Assembly: GCA_027364735.1 (NCBI GenBank)
Contig: DAHXOT010000032.1
Span: 17,495 to 81,494 of the forward strand
Direction of reading: 5' to 3'
DNA from: Hydrotalea sp.
Lineage (GTDB): Bacteria > Bacteroidota > Bacteroidia > Chitinophagales > Chitinophagaceae
DNA length: 64,000 nt
Each line of letters begins with the position of its first letter. The first letter of the stretch is position 1. The position numbers and the translations under genes were made by a program. Shown one piece after another: positions 1 to 10,536 of this stretch. The notes beneath the pieces were generated by a model that was given only the letters and a program-made list of their open reading frames with translations, had not been told where the DNA came from and searched no databases.

Positions 1-100
1 TTGAAATAAAATATAATCAGAAAACGAATGCTAAATATAGCAGTCAGCCTAATAAGCCCATTGAAAGTATGATGTGGAAGAATAAGTTTTAATGATTGAT

Positions 101-1225
101 TTACCATTTTCCATATTCGCGCAGATACGCTATTAGCCAACCAATTACTTCATTATAACTTTCAATTCCTTCGTTTTGTAAATTAAATTTTAAGTATTGA
201 TTATACATTGACGACATTACCGGCGAAATGCTATTTTCTTCATTATAAAAAAATTGCTTTACAGCTTTTCTATCTCTTATCACTTTTTCATTTAAGTGTT
301 CTTTATTATAAATTAATTCCTGTTTTAAACCTGTTGTATCGCCATCTATTAAAAAAGTATTTATTTCTTCTTGTTGTGCATAAGAAAAAAAGTCAAGATA
401 TACCGAATACTTAAAAAATGGTAATTCAGAAATACTACATGCCAAATATCCAGCAAAATTAGCCTCACTTTCGCTGGCATAACCTAATTGATGGGCTATT
501 TCGTGGCAAATAATATAGGGCAATAGAACCTCCGGAATATCATTCCTAAATTGAGCTTCTCCACTAAACGGGTTATAATAACCTATAAATCCAAAATACA
601 TTCCCATTTTGCTGTACAAACTACTTTTAACCGAAATAGGATTATAAGAAAGAAAATAGTACTGCTTTGATGCACTATCATAACATTTTTTTGCTTCTGC
701 AATAATTTGCTGTATAGGCATGTGTGGCAAACCCGTATCAGGTATTTGCGTTCTATACTCATTTGCCTTATTAATAAGCTGATGCGTTAGTACAACAACT
801 TCCTCTTTACAGTAATGGGTCTTACTTAGTTGCAACTGATTGGAGATGCCGATTCTAAAATAATTCAATCCCCATAAAAAAAAGAAAACAATATATAGCC
901 ACATCAATTTTCTTACTAAAAAACCTAACTGATTTACAAAAGTCTTTCCTGAAAATTTTTTAATTAATGTAAAAATTGCTCGAAATAGTTTAATGATAAA
1001 AATCAATATTAATACAATATAAAAAATATCACCTACGCTAAATTGAACCCATCCGGTAATTGTTCTTTGAAAAGAAGCAATTTTATTATACCATATATTG
1101 CTGTAATAATGCTCTATCCAAATTGGATGAAGTTTAATAATTTCAATGAAACATATCCCTATAATTGGAACAATCCATTGAAGAGTAGGGAATAATAAAT
1201 TGGTAGTTTTTCCTTTTATGTGCAT
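101..1225 (-). CDS. DUF3810-family integral membrane protein with HExxH metalloprotease-like motif
   Basis: 374-aa ORF with N-terminal hydrophobic helices. Motif ICHEIAHQLGYASESEANF is typical of DUF3810 proteins. TAA stop. Confidence 0.6.
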   Translation of the reverse strand: MHIKGKTTNLLFPTLQWIVPIIGICFIEIIKLHPIWIEHYYSNIWYNKIASFQRTITGWVQFSVGDIFYIVLILIFIIKLFRAIFTLIKKFSGKTFVNQLGFLVRKLMWLYIVFFFLWGLNYFRIGISNQLQLSKTHYCKEEVVVLTHQLINKANEYRTQIPDTGLPHMPIQQIIAEAKKCYDSASKQYYFLSYNPISVKSSLYSKMGMYFGFIGYYNPFSGEAQFRNDIPEVLLPYIICHEIAHQLGYASESEANFAGYLACSISELPFFKYSVYLDFFSYAQQEEINTFLIDGDTTGLKQELIYNKEHLNEKVIRDRKAVKQFFYNEENSISPVMSSMYNQYLKFNLQNEGIESYNEVIGWLIAYLREYGKW

Positions 1226-1270
1226 AATAAACTATAAAGAAACTACTATTTCACAAATTCACAATTTCGT

Positions 1271-1301
1271 TTTGCCCTTTAAATGCAAAACCCTACCTTT
1301 G
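1271..1301 (+). promoter_or_regulatory. Bacteroidota-type promoter (TTTG-N19-TACCTTTG) for yceD-rpmF-plsX
   Basis: TTTG at 1271-1274 and TACCTTTG at 1294-1301 match the -33 TTTG / -7 TAnnTTTG consensus with 19-nt spacing. It lies about 20 nt upstream of the ATG at 1322. Confidence 0.5.
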
Positions 1302-1321
1302 CGAGCCCTAAAAATCCGAAC

Positions 1322-1867
1322 ATGAATTATCGACGTGAATACGAGATTGCATTTGTGGGTTTAAAGCCGGGTGTTCATGTGTTTGAATACAGGATTGAGG
1401 ATAAGTTCTTTATACCGTATGGCGAGCAAGATTTTAATAATTGCATTGCTGATGTTAAACTGAGCTTGGATAAGAAGAATGGATTTATGCAATTGCATTT
1501 CGACATTAATGGAAACATTGATGTAATTTGCGACAAATGCGGAAATAGCCTGCATAAGCAACTTTGGGACGAGTACGATATTATAGTAAAAATGGTGGAA
1601 GAGCCGGAATTAATGAATGAACAAGAGGCCGATCCTGATATATATTACATTAATAGAAGTGAAAGTCACTTGCATATAGCTGATTGGATTTATGAATTTA
1701 TTAATTTAAGCTTACCAATGCAGAAAAGGTGTAATGATGATGAAATGGGTGGTTCGCTATGCAATAACGAAGTACTGGCCAAGTTAAAAGAAATGGAAGA
1801 TGAAGTGAGAAAAGAAAACAATAATCTCTGGAAAGGATTAGAGAAATTTAAAGATTTAGATAATTAA
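1322..1867 (+). CDS. YceD/DUF177 family protein
   Basis: Conserved position directly upstream of rpmF. Cys pairs are present (CDKCGN ... C..D..GG..C). The start was moved to ATG 1322 because the ATG at 1283 sits inside the promoter motif. Confidence 0.7.
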   Translation: MNYRREYEIAFVGLKPGVHVFEYRIEDKFFIPYGEQDFNNCIADVKLSLDKKNGFMQLHFDINGNIDVICDKCGNSLHKQLWDEYDIIVKMVEEPELMNEQEADPDIYYINRSESHLHIADWIYEFINLSLPMQKRCNDDEMGGSLCNNEVLAKLKEMEDEVRKENNNLWKGLEKFKDLDN

Positions 1868-1897
1868 TATTTTTTTTGATACTATAAATTTTGTGTT

Positions 1898-2092
1898 ATG
1901 CCGAATCCTAAACGTCGCCATTCTCAGCAAAGAGGAGCAAAGAGAAGAACGCACTACAAAGCTGAAGAAGTAACTTTAAGCAAAGACACTACAACCGGAG
2001 AAATCCATGTACGTCATCGTGCACATGTTAGTGAAGGAAAATTATTCTATAAAGGAAAATTGGTTGCAGAAAAAGCACCCTTAAAAGCTTAA
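1898..2092 (+). CDS. rpmF: 50S ribosomal protein L32
   Basis: 64 aa with N-terminus MPNPKRRHSQQRGAKRRTHYKA, characteristic of L32. Confidence 0.9.
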   Translation: MPNPKRRHSQQRGAKRRTHYKAEEVTLSKDTTTGEIHVRHRAHVSEGKLFYKGKLVAEKAPLKA

Positions 2093-2113
2093 TTTTTTCT
2101 ATACTTATTTAAA

Positions 2114-2152
2114 AAATCCTATAAGGGTTAGCAATCCTTATAGGATTTTCTT
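2114..2152 (+). terminator. Rho-independent terminator after rpmF
   Basis: Perfect 13-bp stem AAATCCTATAAGG (2114-2126) / CCTTATAGGATTT (2136-2148) with a 9-nt loop, ending in a T run. Confidence 0.7.
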
Positions 2153-2164
2153 TACCTTGCTTTT

Positions 2165-3106
2165 ATGAATATAGGAATAGACATGATGGGCGGAGATTAT
2201 GCCCCCTTAGAAGCGGTAAAAGGTTTGCAATTATTTCTCAGCCAAAATCATATTCGAGCAACAATTGTTTGCATTGGTGATGAATCTATTATTCATCCAC
2301 TTTTACAGGAACATAAAATACATTCTTCTGTACAAATTGTACATGCACCCGAAATAATTGGCTACCACGAACATCCAACCAAAGCTTTAAAAGAAAAGCA
2401 ACAGAGCTCCATTGCTATAGGATTTCATTTATTATCAACTTGTAAAATTGATGCTTTTATAAGTGCAGGCAATACCGGTGCAATGCTGGTTGGTGCCATG
2501 TTTACTATTAAACCTATTGAAGGTATTCAACGCCCAACTATTGCCACCATCATTCCTAAACTTAATGGTGGTACGGGTTTATTATTAGATGTGGGATTAA
2601 ATGCAGATTGCAAACCCGAAAATTTAAATCAATTTGCCATTCTTGGTAACTTATATACACAACATATTTTAGGAATTCAACATCCAACAACTGGCTTATT
2701 AAATATTGGAGAAGAAGAAGGCAAGGGAAATATTTTGGCTCAAGCTACTTTTCCTCTTCTAAAAGAAAACCAACAAATTTCTTTTATTGGCAATATTGAA
2801 GGCCGAGACTTTTTTAATGATAAAGCAGATGTAATTGTTTGTGATGGATTTACCGGAAACATTATTTTAAAAATGGCAGAAAGTATTTATGATATTGCCG
2901 AACAAAGAGAGTTGCATCACGATGCTTATTACAATCGTTTTCATTATCAAAACTATGGCGGAACACCGGTTTTAGGTGTTGCCAAACCTGTAATAATTGG
3001 TCATGGAATTAGTAATGACATTGCTTTTAAAAATATGCTGCTACTGGCAGAAAAAATGATTGAAAGCGACTTATGTGGAAAAATTAAAGAAAGCTTCTCT
3101 ATTTAA
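2165..3106 (+). CDS. plsX: Phosphate acyltransferase PlsX
   Basis: MNIGIDMMGGDYAP N-terminus, GNTGA motif, GFTGN motif, and synteny after rpmF. Confidence 0.9.
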   Translation: MNIGIDMMGGDYAPLEAVKGLQLFLSQNHIRATIVCIGDESIIHPLLQEHKIHSSVQIVHAPEIIGYHEHPTKALKEKQQSSIAIGFHLLSTCKIDAFISAGNTGAMLVGAMFTIKPIEGIQRPTIATIIPKLNGGTGLLLDVGLNADCKPENLNQFAILGNLYTQHILGIQHPTTGLLNIGEEEGKGNILAQATFPLLKENQQISFIGNIEGRDFFNDKADVIVCDGFTGNIILKMAESIYDIAEQRELHHDAYYNRFHYQNYGGTPVLGVAKPVIIGHGISNDIAFKNMLLLAEKMIESDLCGKIKESFSI

Positions 3107-3197
3107 AAATTATCATTTTAGCAATTACCAAGATAAATCAATTACTAATCTTTGTTAGTTTTTGCAAAACTGTACTTTTGCTGCAAACTCCACTATA

Positions 3198-4556
3198 ATG
3201 GATATCAAACAAAATATTTTAGAAACTATTGGAAATACTCCGTTAATTAAGCTTAATAAAATAACAAAGGATTTTCCTTGCACTGTTTTAGCCAAGGTAG
3301 ATTATTTTAATCCAGGTAATTCTATCAAAGATAGAATGGCGTTAAAAATGATTGAAGTAGCAGAGCAAGAAGGAAAACTTAAACCCGGAGGAACTATTAT
3401 AGAAGGCACAAGCGGCAATACCGGAATGGGATTGGCTTTAGCGGCATGTGTAAAAGGCTACAAATGCATTTTTGTTACTACCGATAAACAAAGTAAAGAA
3501 AAAGCAGATATTTTAAAAGCTGTTGGTGCAGAGGTAATTGTTTGTCCTACTAATGTAACTCCCGAAGACCCTCAGAGTTATTATAGTGTAGCCAAAAGAT
3601 TGGCGAAAGAAATTCCTAACTCCTATCATTGTAATCAATACGATAATCTTGCCAATCGGTTAGCTCATTACGAAAGTACCGGACCTGAAATTTGGAATCA
3701 AACCGATGGAAAAATTACCCATTTGGTATGTACTGCAGGAACAGGAGGAACCATTACAGGCACTGCAATGTATTTGAAAGAAAAAAATCCAGCAATTCAA
3801 ATATGGGCTATTGATGTTTACGGTAGCTTACTTACAAAATATTTTCGTACTGGCGAAATTGATTCAAATGAAGTTCATCCATATATCAGTGAAGGATTTG
3901 GAGAAGATTTTGTTCCTTTAAATTACGATATGAGCGTGATTGATTACTTTGAACAAGTAACGGATAAAGATGGTGCAGTAATGGCAAGAAGAATTGCCAA
4001 AGAAGAAGGATTATTTTGCGGATATAGTGCCGGAAGTTGCTTACAAGGATTAATACAACTTAAGGATAAACTTAAAAAAGATGATTTAGTAGTATGTATA
4101 TTTCACGATCATGGCAGCCGTTATGTAGCCAAAATTTATAACGATCAGTGGATGATGGAACGTGGTTTTTTAGATGTAAAAACTTTTAAAGATATTGTTA
4201 GTGGCAGAATTCATAAAAAACTAATAACGGTACAACCTTCTCAAACGGTAGCAAATGCAGCGGAGTTAATGAAAAAGTATGATATTGAACAAATTCCAAT
4301 TTTTAGTGAAGGTGAACCCATTGGCTCTGTAAGCGAGAATGGCTTATTTCAAAAAATATTTAGCAATCCTGATATTAAACACGCTCCTGTTGATACTGTA
4401 ATGGAACGTGGCTTTCCTGTTGTAGCTTTCGATACGCCGGTTGAAAGGCTGGGCAGCTTAATTACAAAAGATAATGGTGCCGTTTTAGCTAAAGATGAGA
4501 AAGGCGATTATCATATTGTAACCAAGTACGATGTTATTCAAAGCTTAACTAAATAA
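3198..4556 (+). CDS. Cystathionine beta-synthase-like PLP enzyme (CysK/CBS fold plus C-terminal CBS-domain pair)
   Basis: TIGNTPLIKL, the PLP-lysine context NPGNSIKDR, and the GTSGNTG loop. The C-terminal ~120 aa look like tandem CBS domains. The ATG at 3198 is preferred over the upstream TTG. Confidence 0.8.
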   Translation: MDIKQNILETIGNTPLIKLNKITKDFPCTVLAKVDYFNPGNSIKDRMALKMIEVAEQEGKLKPGGTIIEGTSGNTGMGLALAACVKGYKCIFVTTDKQSKEKADILKAVGAEVIVCPTNVTPEDPQSYYSVAKRLAKEIPNSYHCNQYDNLANRLAHYESTGPEIWNQTDGKITHLVCTAGTGGTITGTAMYLKEKNPAIQIWAIDVYGSLLTKYFRTGEIDSNEVHPYISEGFGEDFVPLNYDMSVIDYFEQVTDKDGAVMARRIAKEEGLFCGYSAGSCLQGLIQLKDKLKKDDLVVCIFHDHGSRYVAKIYNDQWMMERGFLDVKTFKDIVSGRIHKKLITVQPSQTVANAAELMKKYDIEQIPIFSEGEPIGSVSENGLFQKIFSNPDIKHAPVDTVMERGFPVVAFDTPVERLGSLITKDNGAVLAKDEKGDYHIVTKYDVIQSLTK

Positions 4557-4573
4557 ATCAAATCGTTTAAAAT

Positions 4574-6535
4574 TTATCTATCAACGCTATTCTCTAAATC
4601 TATTATTTTTTCGAATAACAATTCGTATTCCTTATTAGCAGCTTTTATTTGCTGCTGAAGAAGCGTATATGCTTGCTCTAATTGTAAAAACTTGGTTTTG
4701 TCTTTATAACTTTCAGGATGTGAGAGAGATAACTCAATGTCCATTTTTTTATTATTCAATTTCAAAATATCTTCTTCCAATTTTTGAAATTGACGTTGTA
4801 CTTTTTGTAATTCTTTTTTCTGTTCCTTACTAATATTATTTTGTATTACTTGAACAGGTTTCGGTTTTTCTTCTATTATGGTAGGCGTAACATTATCAAC
4901 AGCAATTTGTTCTTTTTTTCTTATTAATTCTTGCTTAGCCATTCTTTCTTTCCATTCTACCCATTCAGCATAAGTTCCCTTAAATTCTTTTATTTCATAA
5001 TCAACAATTTCCCATATTTTATTAGCAGTTTGAGAAATAAAATATCTATCATGACTAACCAAAATATAACTTCCTTCATATTTATTTAATGCCTCTGCCA
5101 ATAGTTCTACCGAATGCATATCTAAGTGGTTGGTAGGTTCATCTAATAACAAAAAATTACTTTTACTAACAATTACTTTAGCTAAAGCCACTCTTGCTTT
5201 TTCGCCTCCACTTAATACTTTAATTCTTTTATCGGTATCATCGCCGCTAAATAAAAAACAACCCAAAATAGTTCTTAATTCTAAATCGGTTTTATTGCTG
5301 CCGCAATGTTGCATTTCTTCTAAAATAGTATAATTAAGATTTAAAGCTTCTAATTGATGTTGGGCATAAAAACTTTCTTGTACGTTATAACCCCAATTTC
5401 TTTGACCGGTAAATGATTCTGTTCCAGCAATCATCCTTAAAACGGTTGATTTACCTTTTCCATTGGCACCAATCAGGGCAATTTTATCGCCTCTATTAAT
5501 CTCCGCATGGGTGTGCTGAACGATTTGAATATCATTAAAATTTTTTGAAACATCTTTCAGTTCGCAAATAATTTTACCGGGTTGTTTATCTATTTGAAAG
5601 TTAATTCTAATATTGGGTCGTTCTAATTCAGTTTGCTCAATTCGCTCTAATTTATCTAATCGTTTCATGGCACTTTGTGCGGCAGCAGCTTTAGTAGCTT
5701 TTGCTCTAAAACGCTCTATAAACCGTTCTTGTTGCCGTATATAATCTTGCTGATTTTCGTAGGCTTTCTGCTGTAATTCTATTCTTATTTGCTTTTCCTT
5801 TTCATAAAACTCGTAATTGCCGGTATAAATATGCAGTTGTTGTTGATAGAGTTCAACAATTTTATTAACCATTCTATTCAGAAAAAATTTATCGTGACTA
5901 ACAATTACTACACTTCCCTGATAATGTTTTAAGTACTTTTCGAGCCATTCAATAGAGGGTAAATCCAAGTGATTAGTAGGTTCATCCAATAACAATACAT
6001 CGGGTTGTTGTAAAATCATTTTTGCCAATAAAACCCTCATACGCCAGCCACCACTAAATTCTTTATATGGTCTTTGCAAATCAGCATTAGAAAAGCCCAA
6101 TCCTTGCAAAACTTCTTCGGTTTTATGATGAATAGTATAACCGCCCATTATTTCTAATTCGTGTAATTTTTCCGAATAGAGATGTAATAATTTTTCATCC
6201 GATGTTTGTTCCAATTCTTTTCCTAATAATTCTATTTCTTTTTCAATATCTTTTACTTTTTGAAATGCTCCCATTGCTACTTCTAAAATAGAATCGTTTG
6301 TATCGAAACTCAATAAATCTTGATGCAAATAGCCAATAGAAGTTTCTTTACTTTTTTCCACAGTTCCTTTAGAAGGTAAATACTCTCCTACCAATACTTT
6401 TAACAAGGTAGATTTGCCGGTTCCATTATAACCAATTAACCCAACTCTATCTCCCGGATGTATATGCCATGTTGCTTCTTCAACAATTACTCTTGCCCCA
6501 AATTCAAAAGTTACATTTTGTAAACCAATTAGCAT
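4574..6535 (-). CDS. ABC-F family ATPase (two ABC cassettes, C-terminal coiled coil)
   Basis: Two Walker A motifs (GYNGTGKST, GANGKGKST) and two signature motifs (FSGGWRMR, LSGGEKAR). No transmembrane domain and a K/E/Q-rich tail. The ATG at 6535 is preferred over the TTG at 6556. Confidence 0.85.
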   Translation of the reverse strand: MLIGLQNVTFEFGARVIVEEATWHIHPGDRVGLIGYNGTGKSTLLKVLVGEYLPSKGTVEKSKETSIGYLHQDLLSFDTNDSILEVAMGAFQKVKDIEKEIELLGKELEQTSDEKLLHLYSEKLHELEIMGGYTIHHKTEEVLQGLGFSNADLQRPYKEFSGGWRMRVLLAKMILQQPDVLLLDEPTNHLDLPSIEWLEKYLKHYQGSVVIVSHDKFFLNRMVNKIVELYQQQLHIYTGNYEFYEKEKQIRIELQQKAYENQQDYIRQQERFIERFRAKATKAAAAQSAMKRLDKLERIEQTELERPNIRINFQIDKQPGKIICELKDVSKNFNDIQIVQHTHAEINRGDKIALIGANGKGKSTVLRMIAGTESFTGQRNWGYNVQESFYAQHQLEALNLNYTILEEMQHCGSNKTDLELRTILGCFLFSGDDTDKRIKVLSGGEKARVALAKVIVSKSNFLLLDEPTNHLDMHSVELLAEALNKYEGSYILVSHDRYFISQTANKIWEIVDYEIKEFKGTYAEWVEWKERMAKQELIRKKEQIAVDNVTPTIIEEKPKPVQVIQNNISKEQKKELQKVQRQFQKLEEDILKLNNKKMDIELSLSHPESYKDKTKFLQLEQAYTLLQQQIKAANKEYELLFEKIIDLENSVDR

Positions 6536-6610
6536 TATTTTGTATTTTGGCTGCAAAGGTAATTGCCACAGCTACATTTTTAAGTAGTTTTGATAATTGA
6601 ATCCAAGAAA

Positions 6611-7177
6611 ATGAAATTATTTTTCGTATCCCTACTATTAATTGCCGGTATAGCTTGCAATAGCAATAAAATGCCTAATAACGGTTTATTACTTACTGCA
6701 AAAAACATTAAGCCTTCTGTAACCATAACATTCGATAGCTCTATCAATAAATTAGTAACCAATTATTTTCATTTGAAAGATAATTTTATTACCGAAAACA
6801 ATAAGCTTATTAATTTTTATGCCAGTGAAATACAGAAAAATGCAGATTCGCTAAATTTTGCCGAATGCAAAGCCGATTCTATTACTACCGAATTAGCAAA
6901 AATTAATACAGAAAGTATTAGTGCAGAAATGCAAGCACTATTAGAAGAACCCGATATTAATTCGAAAAGAAAATCATTATACTTAGTAAGTGAAGAAGTA
7001 TTTGATTTATTGAAAGTGATGCAATACGATAACCAAAACGTGTATAAATTATATTGCCCCGATGCACTTGATGGATCGGGAGCAAATTGGTTAAGTAAAT
7101 CAACCGATATTCGTAATCCATATTTACCCAAAACAATGCTTACCAATGGTAAAGTTATCGATACATTACATTTTTAA
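6611..7177 (+). CDS. DUF3347-like lipoprotein
   Basis: Signal peptide plus lipobox MKLFFVSLLLIAGIAC. C-terminal YCPDA....GANWLS....NPY motif as in DUF3347. Confidence 0.5.
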   Translation: MKLFFVSLLLIAGIACNSNKMPNNGLLLTAKNIKPSVTITFDSSINKLVTNYFHLKDNFITENNKLINFYASEIQKNADSLNFAECKADSITTELAKINTESISAEMQALLEEPDINSKRKSLYLVSEEVFDLLKVMQYDNQNVYKLYCPDALDGSGANWLSKSTDIRNPYLPKTMLTNGKVIDTLHF

Positions 7178-8355
7178 ACATTGGCTTCAGCAATAAAAGA
7201 TTGGTAATACACTTGCACTTGCTGAGCATATTTTTCTGCAAATTGCAACAGCTTATTTTTCCATTCTAAATGTTTTTCTGCATACGCAATTAATTCATCT
7301 GCTATCACCGATCCATTTCTGCCGGTACTTCTTAAATGTGCAGATGCTGCCGCTTCGGCCATAGTTTGTAAAATATTTTCTAACTTTTTTAATTTACCCT
7401 TACATAAATTCAAATCCATTTTATCGGCACTGGGCTGCAATTGTTTCATAACAAAATATTTATTGCTAAACTGAAGAGGTTGTAATAAAGCAGGAGAAAT
7501 ATGTTGCATAATTTCTTGCACAAATACAATTCTTTCTGCTTCGTTATTAAATATGGGTTGTGATTGCACATATTGCCGTAAACAAGCAACTTTTGATTCT
7601 TTCATATCTAATAATACAAAAGATTTTTCTTGTATTTTTTTTGCCAAAATAATATATCTATCTACTCCAATACTTCCCGTACCTGCTATTCTTATGGCAG
7701 CATCTGTAAAAACATATTTGCCATTGTGGTATTGATTGCTCCAATTATTAAAAAATATTTTTAGTGCATTTTTAGTACGCTTAGTAAGTGCTATTGTTTT
7801 TTGATCATCAATTAAAAGCATTCTACCATTTTTTTTGTTAATTGTATGCGACTTGATTAAATCTGAATTAGACCTTTCACTCACTTGCACTATTAACTGC
7901 TTTAAAATACCACTCGCAGTATTTCTTTCAATAACCAATGATTTTCCTTTTTGCAAAACTTTTATATACTCTGCCAAGAATGAAGCTGCTATTTTTTTAG
8001 CTTTTAATTTAGATAAATGCATATCCTTCGCAGCTAAAAAAATACTGGTAAGCATACGCGATATTTCCCAACTAACAGGTGCTAAAACGGCTTCATCAAA
8101 ATCATTCAAATCAAAATATTCTAATTTATTATCTCCTTTATACGTACCAAAGTTTTCAATATGCAAATCGCCGCAAATCCATGATGTAGTTTCATCTTCC
8201 CAATTTTGCCAAGATTTAAAATCTTCATAAAACAAATGACAAGTTCCTCTAAAAAACCTAAATGCCGATTGCTTCATAGCCGCATATTTAAAAACCAATA
8301 ATTGTTGGTTTCTATCCTTATTATACTTTTGTATGCGATGCCAAACTGTACTCAT
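7174..8355 (-). CDS. DUF2252 family protein
   Basis: 393 aa with FFRGT and CGDLHIENFG motifs typical of DUF2252. Confidence 0.6.
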   Translation of the reverse strand: MSTVWHRIQKYNKDRNQQLLVFKYAAMKQSAFRFFRGTCHLFYEDFKSWQNWEDETTSWICGDLHIENFGTYKGDNKLEYFDLNDFDEAVLAPVSWEISRMLTSIFLAAKDMHLSKLKAKKIAASFLAEYIKVLQKGKSLVIERNTASGILKQLIVQVSERSNSDLIKSHTINKKNGRMLLIDDQKTIALTKRTKNALKIFFNNWSNQYHNGKYVFTDAAIRIAGTGSIGVDRYIILAKKIQEKSFVLLDMKESKVACLRQYVQSQPIFNNEAERIVFVQEIMQHISPALLQPLQFSNKYFVMKQLQPSADKMDLNLCKGKLKKLENILQTMAEAAASAHLRSTGRNGSVIADELIAYAEKHLEWKNKLLQFAEKYAQQVQVYYQSFIAEANV

Positions 8356-8369
8356 AAATAAATTATTAA

Positions 8370-9158
8370 ATGCCTTATTTTATTGATCAATGTAATAAAA
8401 AAATATGGATTAATGATAATCCAAAACGTATAATTTCATTAGTTCCTTCACAAACAGAACTATTATTCGATTTAGGATTGAATGAAGAAGTAGTAGGTAT
8501 TACAAAGTTTTGTATTCATCCAAAAGGTTGGTTGGGTAAAAAAGCTCAAATTGGTGGAACCAAAAATATTAATATCGAAAAAATAAAATCTTTACAACCC
8601 GATTTAGTAATTGCCAACAAAGAAGAAAATGTAAAAGAACAAATTGAAATGATTGAAAAATTTTGTTCTGTTTGGACAAGCGATGTAAGTAATTTAACTA
8701 CCGCTATTGAAATGATTCAATCAATTGGTATAATTACACAGCAACAGGCTAAAGCTGATAAAATAATAGCTACACTGCAAGATGATTTTTCAAAAACTAA
8801 ACCCAATTTTCCCTTATTAAATGCATGTTATTTAATTTGGAAAGACCCATACATTACAGTTGGTGGAGATACTTTTATTAATGATATGATGCATTGGTGC
8901 AGATTAAAAAATATTTTTGAAAATGATACTCGCTATCCACAAATATTACTAAAAGAAATAACTAACTTAAACTGTGAAATTTTACTTTTAAGCTCAGAGC
9001 CATACCCTTTCAAAAAACATCATATTACTTTACTACAAGAAGAACTTCCTACCGTAAAAATAGTTTTAGTGGATGGAGAAATGTTTAGTTGGTATGGCAG
9101 CAGATTATTAAAAACACCAACCTATTTTAAACAATTAAATAACCTATTGCATGCTTGA
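8370..9158 (+). CDS. TroA/BtuF-like (cobalamin/iron-chelate type) binding protein
   Basis: PKRIISLVPSQTELLFDLGL and PDLVIANKEEN motifs of class III helical-backbone binding proteins. Ends with a TGA stop. Confidence 0.6.
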   Translation: MPYFIDQCNKKIWINDNPKRIISLVPSQTELLFDLGLNEEVVGITKFCIHPKGWLGKKAQIGGTKNINIEKIKSLQPDLVIANKEENVKEQIEMIEKFCSVWTSDVSNLTTAIEMIQSIGIITQQQAKADKIIATLQDDFSKTKPNFPLLNACYLIWKDPYITVGGDTFINDMMHWCRLKNIFENDTRYPQILLKEITNLNCEILLLSSEPYPFKKHHITLLQEELPTVKIVLVDGEMFSWYGSRLLKTPTYFKQLNNLLHA

Positions 9159-9266
9159 TGAGTTATACTGATAACAGTCATGCCTAAAGCTAACAGTTGT
9201 TTGGAAGAGTATCAGTAACTTTGCACCTCGAAAAGAAAATATTCGATCAATTAAAATTTAAAAATC

Positions 9267-10334
9267 ATGGCAAAATACAGAGCAGGAGTTTTGTTTGGAA
9301 AAGAATTAGAAGCATTGTATAACGATGCAAAAGAAAATCAATTTGCTTTACCTGCGGTAAACACTATTGGCACAAATACTATTAATGCAGTTTTAGAAAC
9401 AGCCGCTAAAGTAAATTCACCGGTTATTATTCAGTTTTCGAATGGCGGTGCACAATTTATTGCCGGTAAGGGCATGCCCAACGATAATTTACAAGGAAAT
9501 ATTTTAGGTGGCATATCCGGTGCATTACATATTCATAATGTAGCTAAAGCGTATGGTGTTCCGGTAGTTTTACACACCGATCATGCTGCTAAAAAATGGT
9601 TGCCTTGGGTTAGCGGATTAATTGATGCCGGCGAACAATTTTATAAGGAAAAAGGCCAACCCTTATTCAGTTCTCACATGTTAGATTTATCTGAAGAGCC
9701 CATTGAAGAAAATATTCATACATCTGCTGCATTTTTTAAACGTATGGCTCCATTGGGCATGAGCTTAGAAATTGAATTAGGTGTAACCGGAGGAGAAGAA
9801 GATGGTGTAGATAATAGCGATGTTGAAAATGATAAATTATACACCCAACCGCAGCATGTAGCCTATGCCTATACCGAATTAGGTAAAATAAGCAATCTAT
9901 TTACTATTGCTGCTGCTTTTGGTAATGTGCATGGTGTTTATAGCCCGGGTAATGTGCAATTGCGTCCAGAAATTTTGCATAACAGTCAAGTATATATTGA
10001 AAAAGAATTAAAAACTGCTGCAAAGCCCGTTTACTTTGTATTTCATGGAGGTAGTGGTTCTCCTCAACATCAAATTCGTGAAGCCATAAGTTATGGTGCA
10101 ATTAAAATGAATATTGATACCGATATGCAATGGGCATTTTGGGAAGGAATTTTAGATAATTACAAAAAGAATGAAGCTTATTTACAAGGTCAACTAGGAA
10201 ATCCCGAAGGACCACAAAAACCCAATAAAAAATATTACGATCCACGTATTTGGTTACGCAAAGGCGAAGAAAGTTTTATTAAACGCTTAGAAGTTGCATT
10301 TGAAGATTTAAATTGTATTAACAGAAATGCATAA
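9267..10334 (+). CDS. fbaA: Class II fructose-bisphosphate aldolase
   Basis: 355 aa with FALPAVN, VILHTDH-like (VVLHTDHAAK), GVTGGEEDGV and FVFHGGSGS motifs. Confidence 0.9.
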   Translation: MAKYRAGVLFGKELEALYNDAKENQFALPAVNTIGTNTINAVLETAAKVNSPVIIQFSNGGAQFIAGKGMPNDNLQGNILGGISGALHIHNVAKAYGVPVVLHTDHAAKKWLPWVSGLIDAGEQFYKEKGQPLFSSHMLDLSEEPIEENIHTSAAFFKRMAPLGMSLEIELGVTGGEEDGVDNSDVENDKLYTQPQHVAYAYTELGKISNLFTIAAAFGNVHGVYSPGNVQLRPEILHNSQVYIEKELKTAAKPVYFVFHGGSGSPQHQIREAISYGAIKMNIDTDMQWAFWEGILDNYKKNEAYLQGQLGNPEGPQKPNKKYYDPRIWLRKGEESFIKRLEVAFEDLNCINRNA

Positions 10335-10354
10335 CTAATTTTTAAACTAACAGT

Positions 10355-10385
10355 AAAGGCAAGAATGTATTCTTGCCTTTTTTTA
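10355..10385 (+). terminator. Rho-independent terminator after fbaA
   Basis: Stem GGCAAGAA (10358-10365) / TTCTTGCC (10370-10377) with loop TGTA, followed by T7. Confidence 0.75.
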
Positions 10386-10536
10386 TACATTCAATTTTTA
10401 GTTGTTTAAAAATTATACATCAACTTAATAACTTTATAATTTACAACTATAATTTTTTATTTGAGCTCAACCAATTTCTAATAAACATTGTTACACAGTA
10501 ATAATAAATTGTATTAAATTACTTACAAATAGCCGA

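Noticed and set aside
3107-3197. Riboswitch search upstream of the CBS-like gene, and likewise upstream of ribH, ribF, purM and the BtuF-like gene.
   Set aside because: The intergenic spaces are too short (4-130 nt), and none contains the conserved cores of the SAM, FMN, purine or cobalamin riboswitches that I can recognise.
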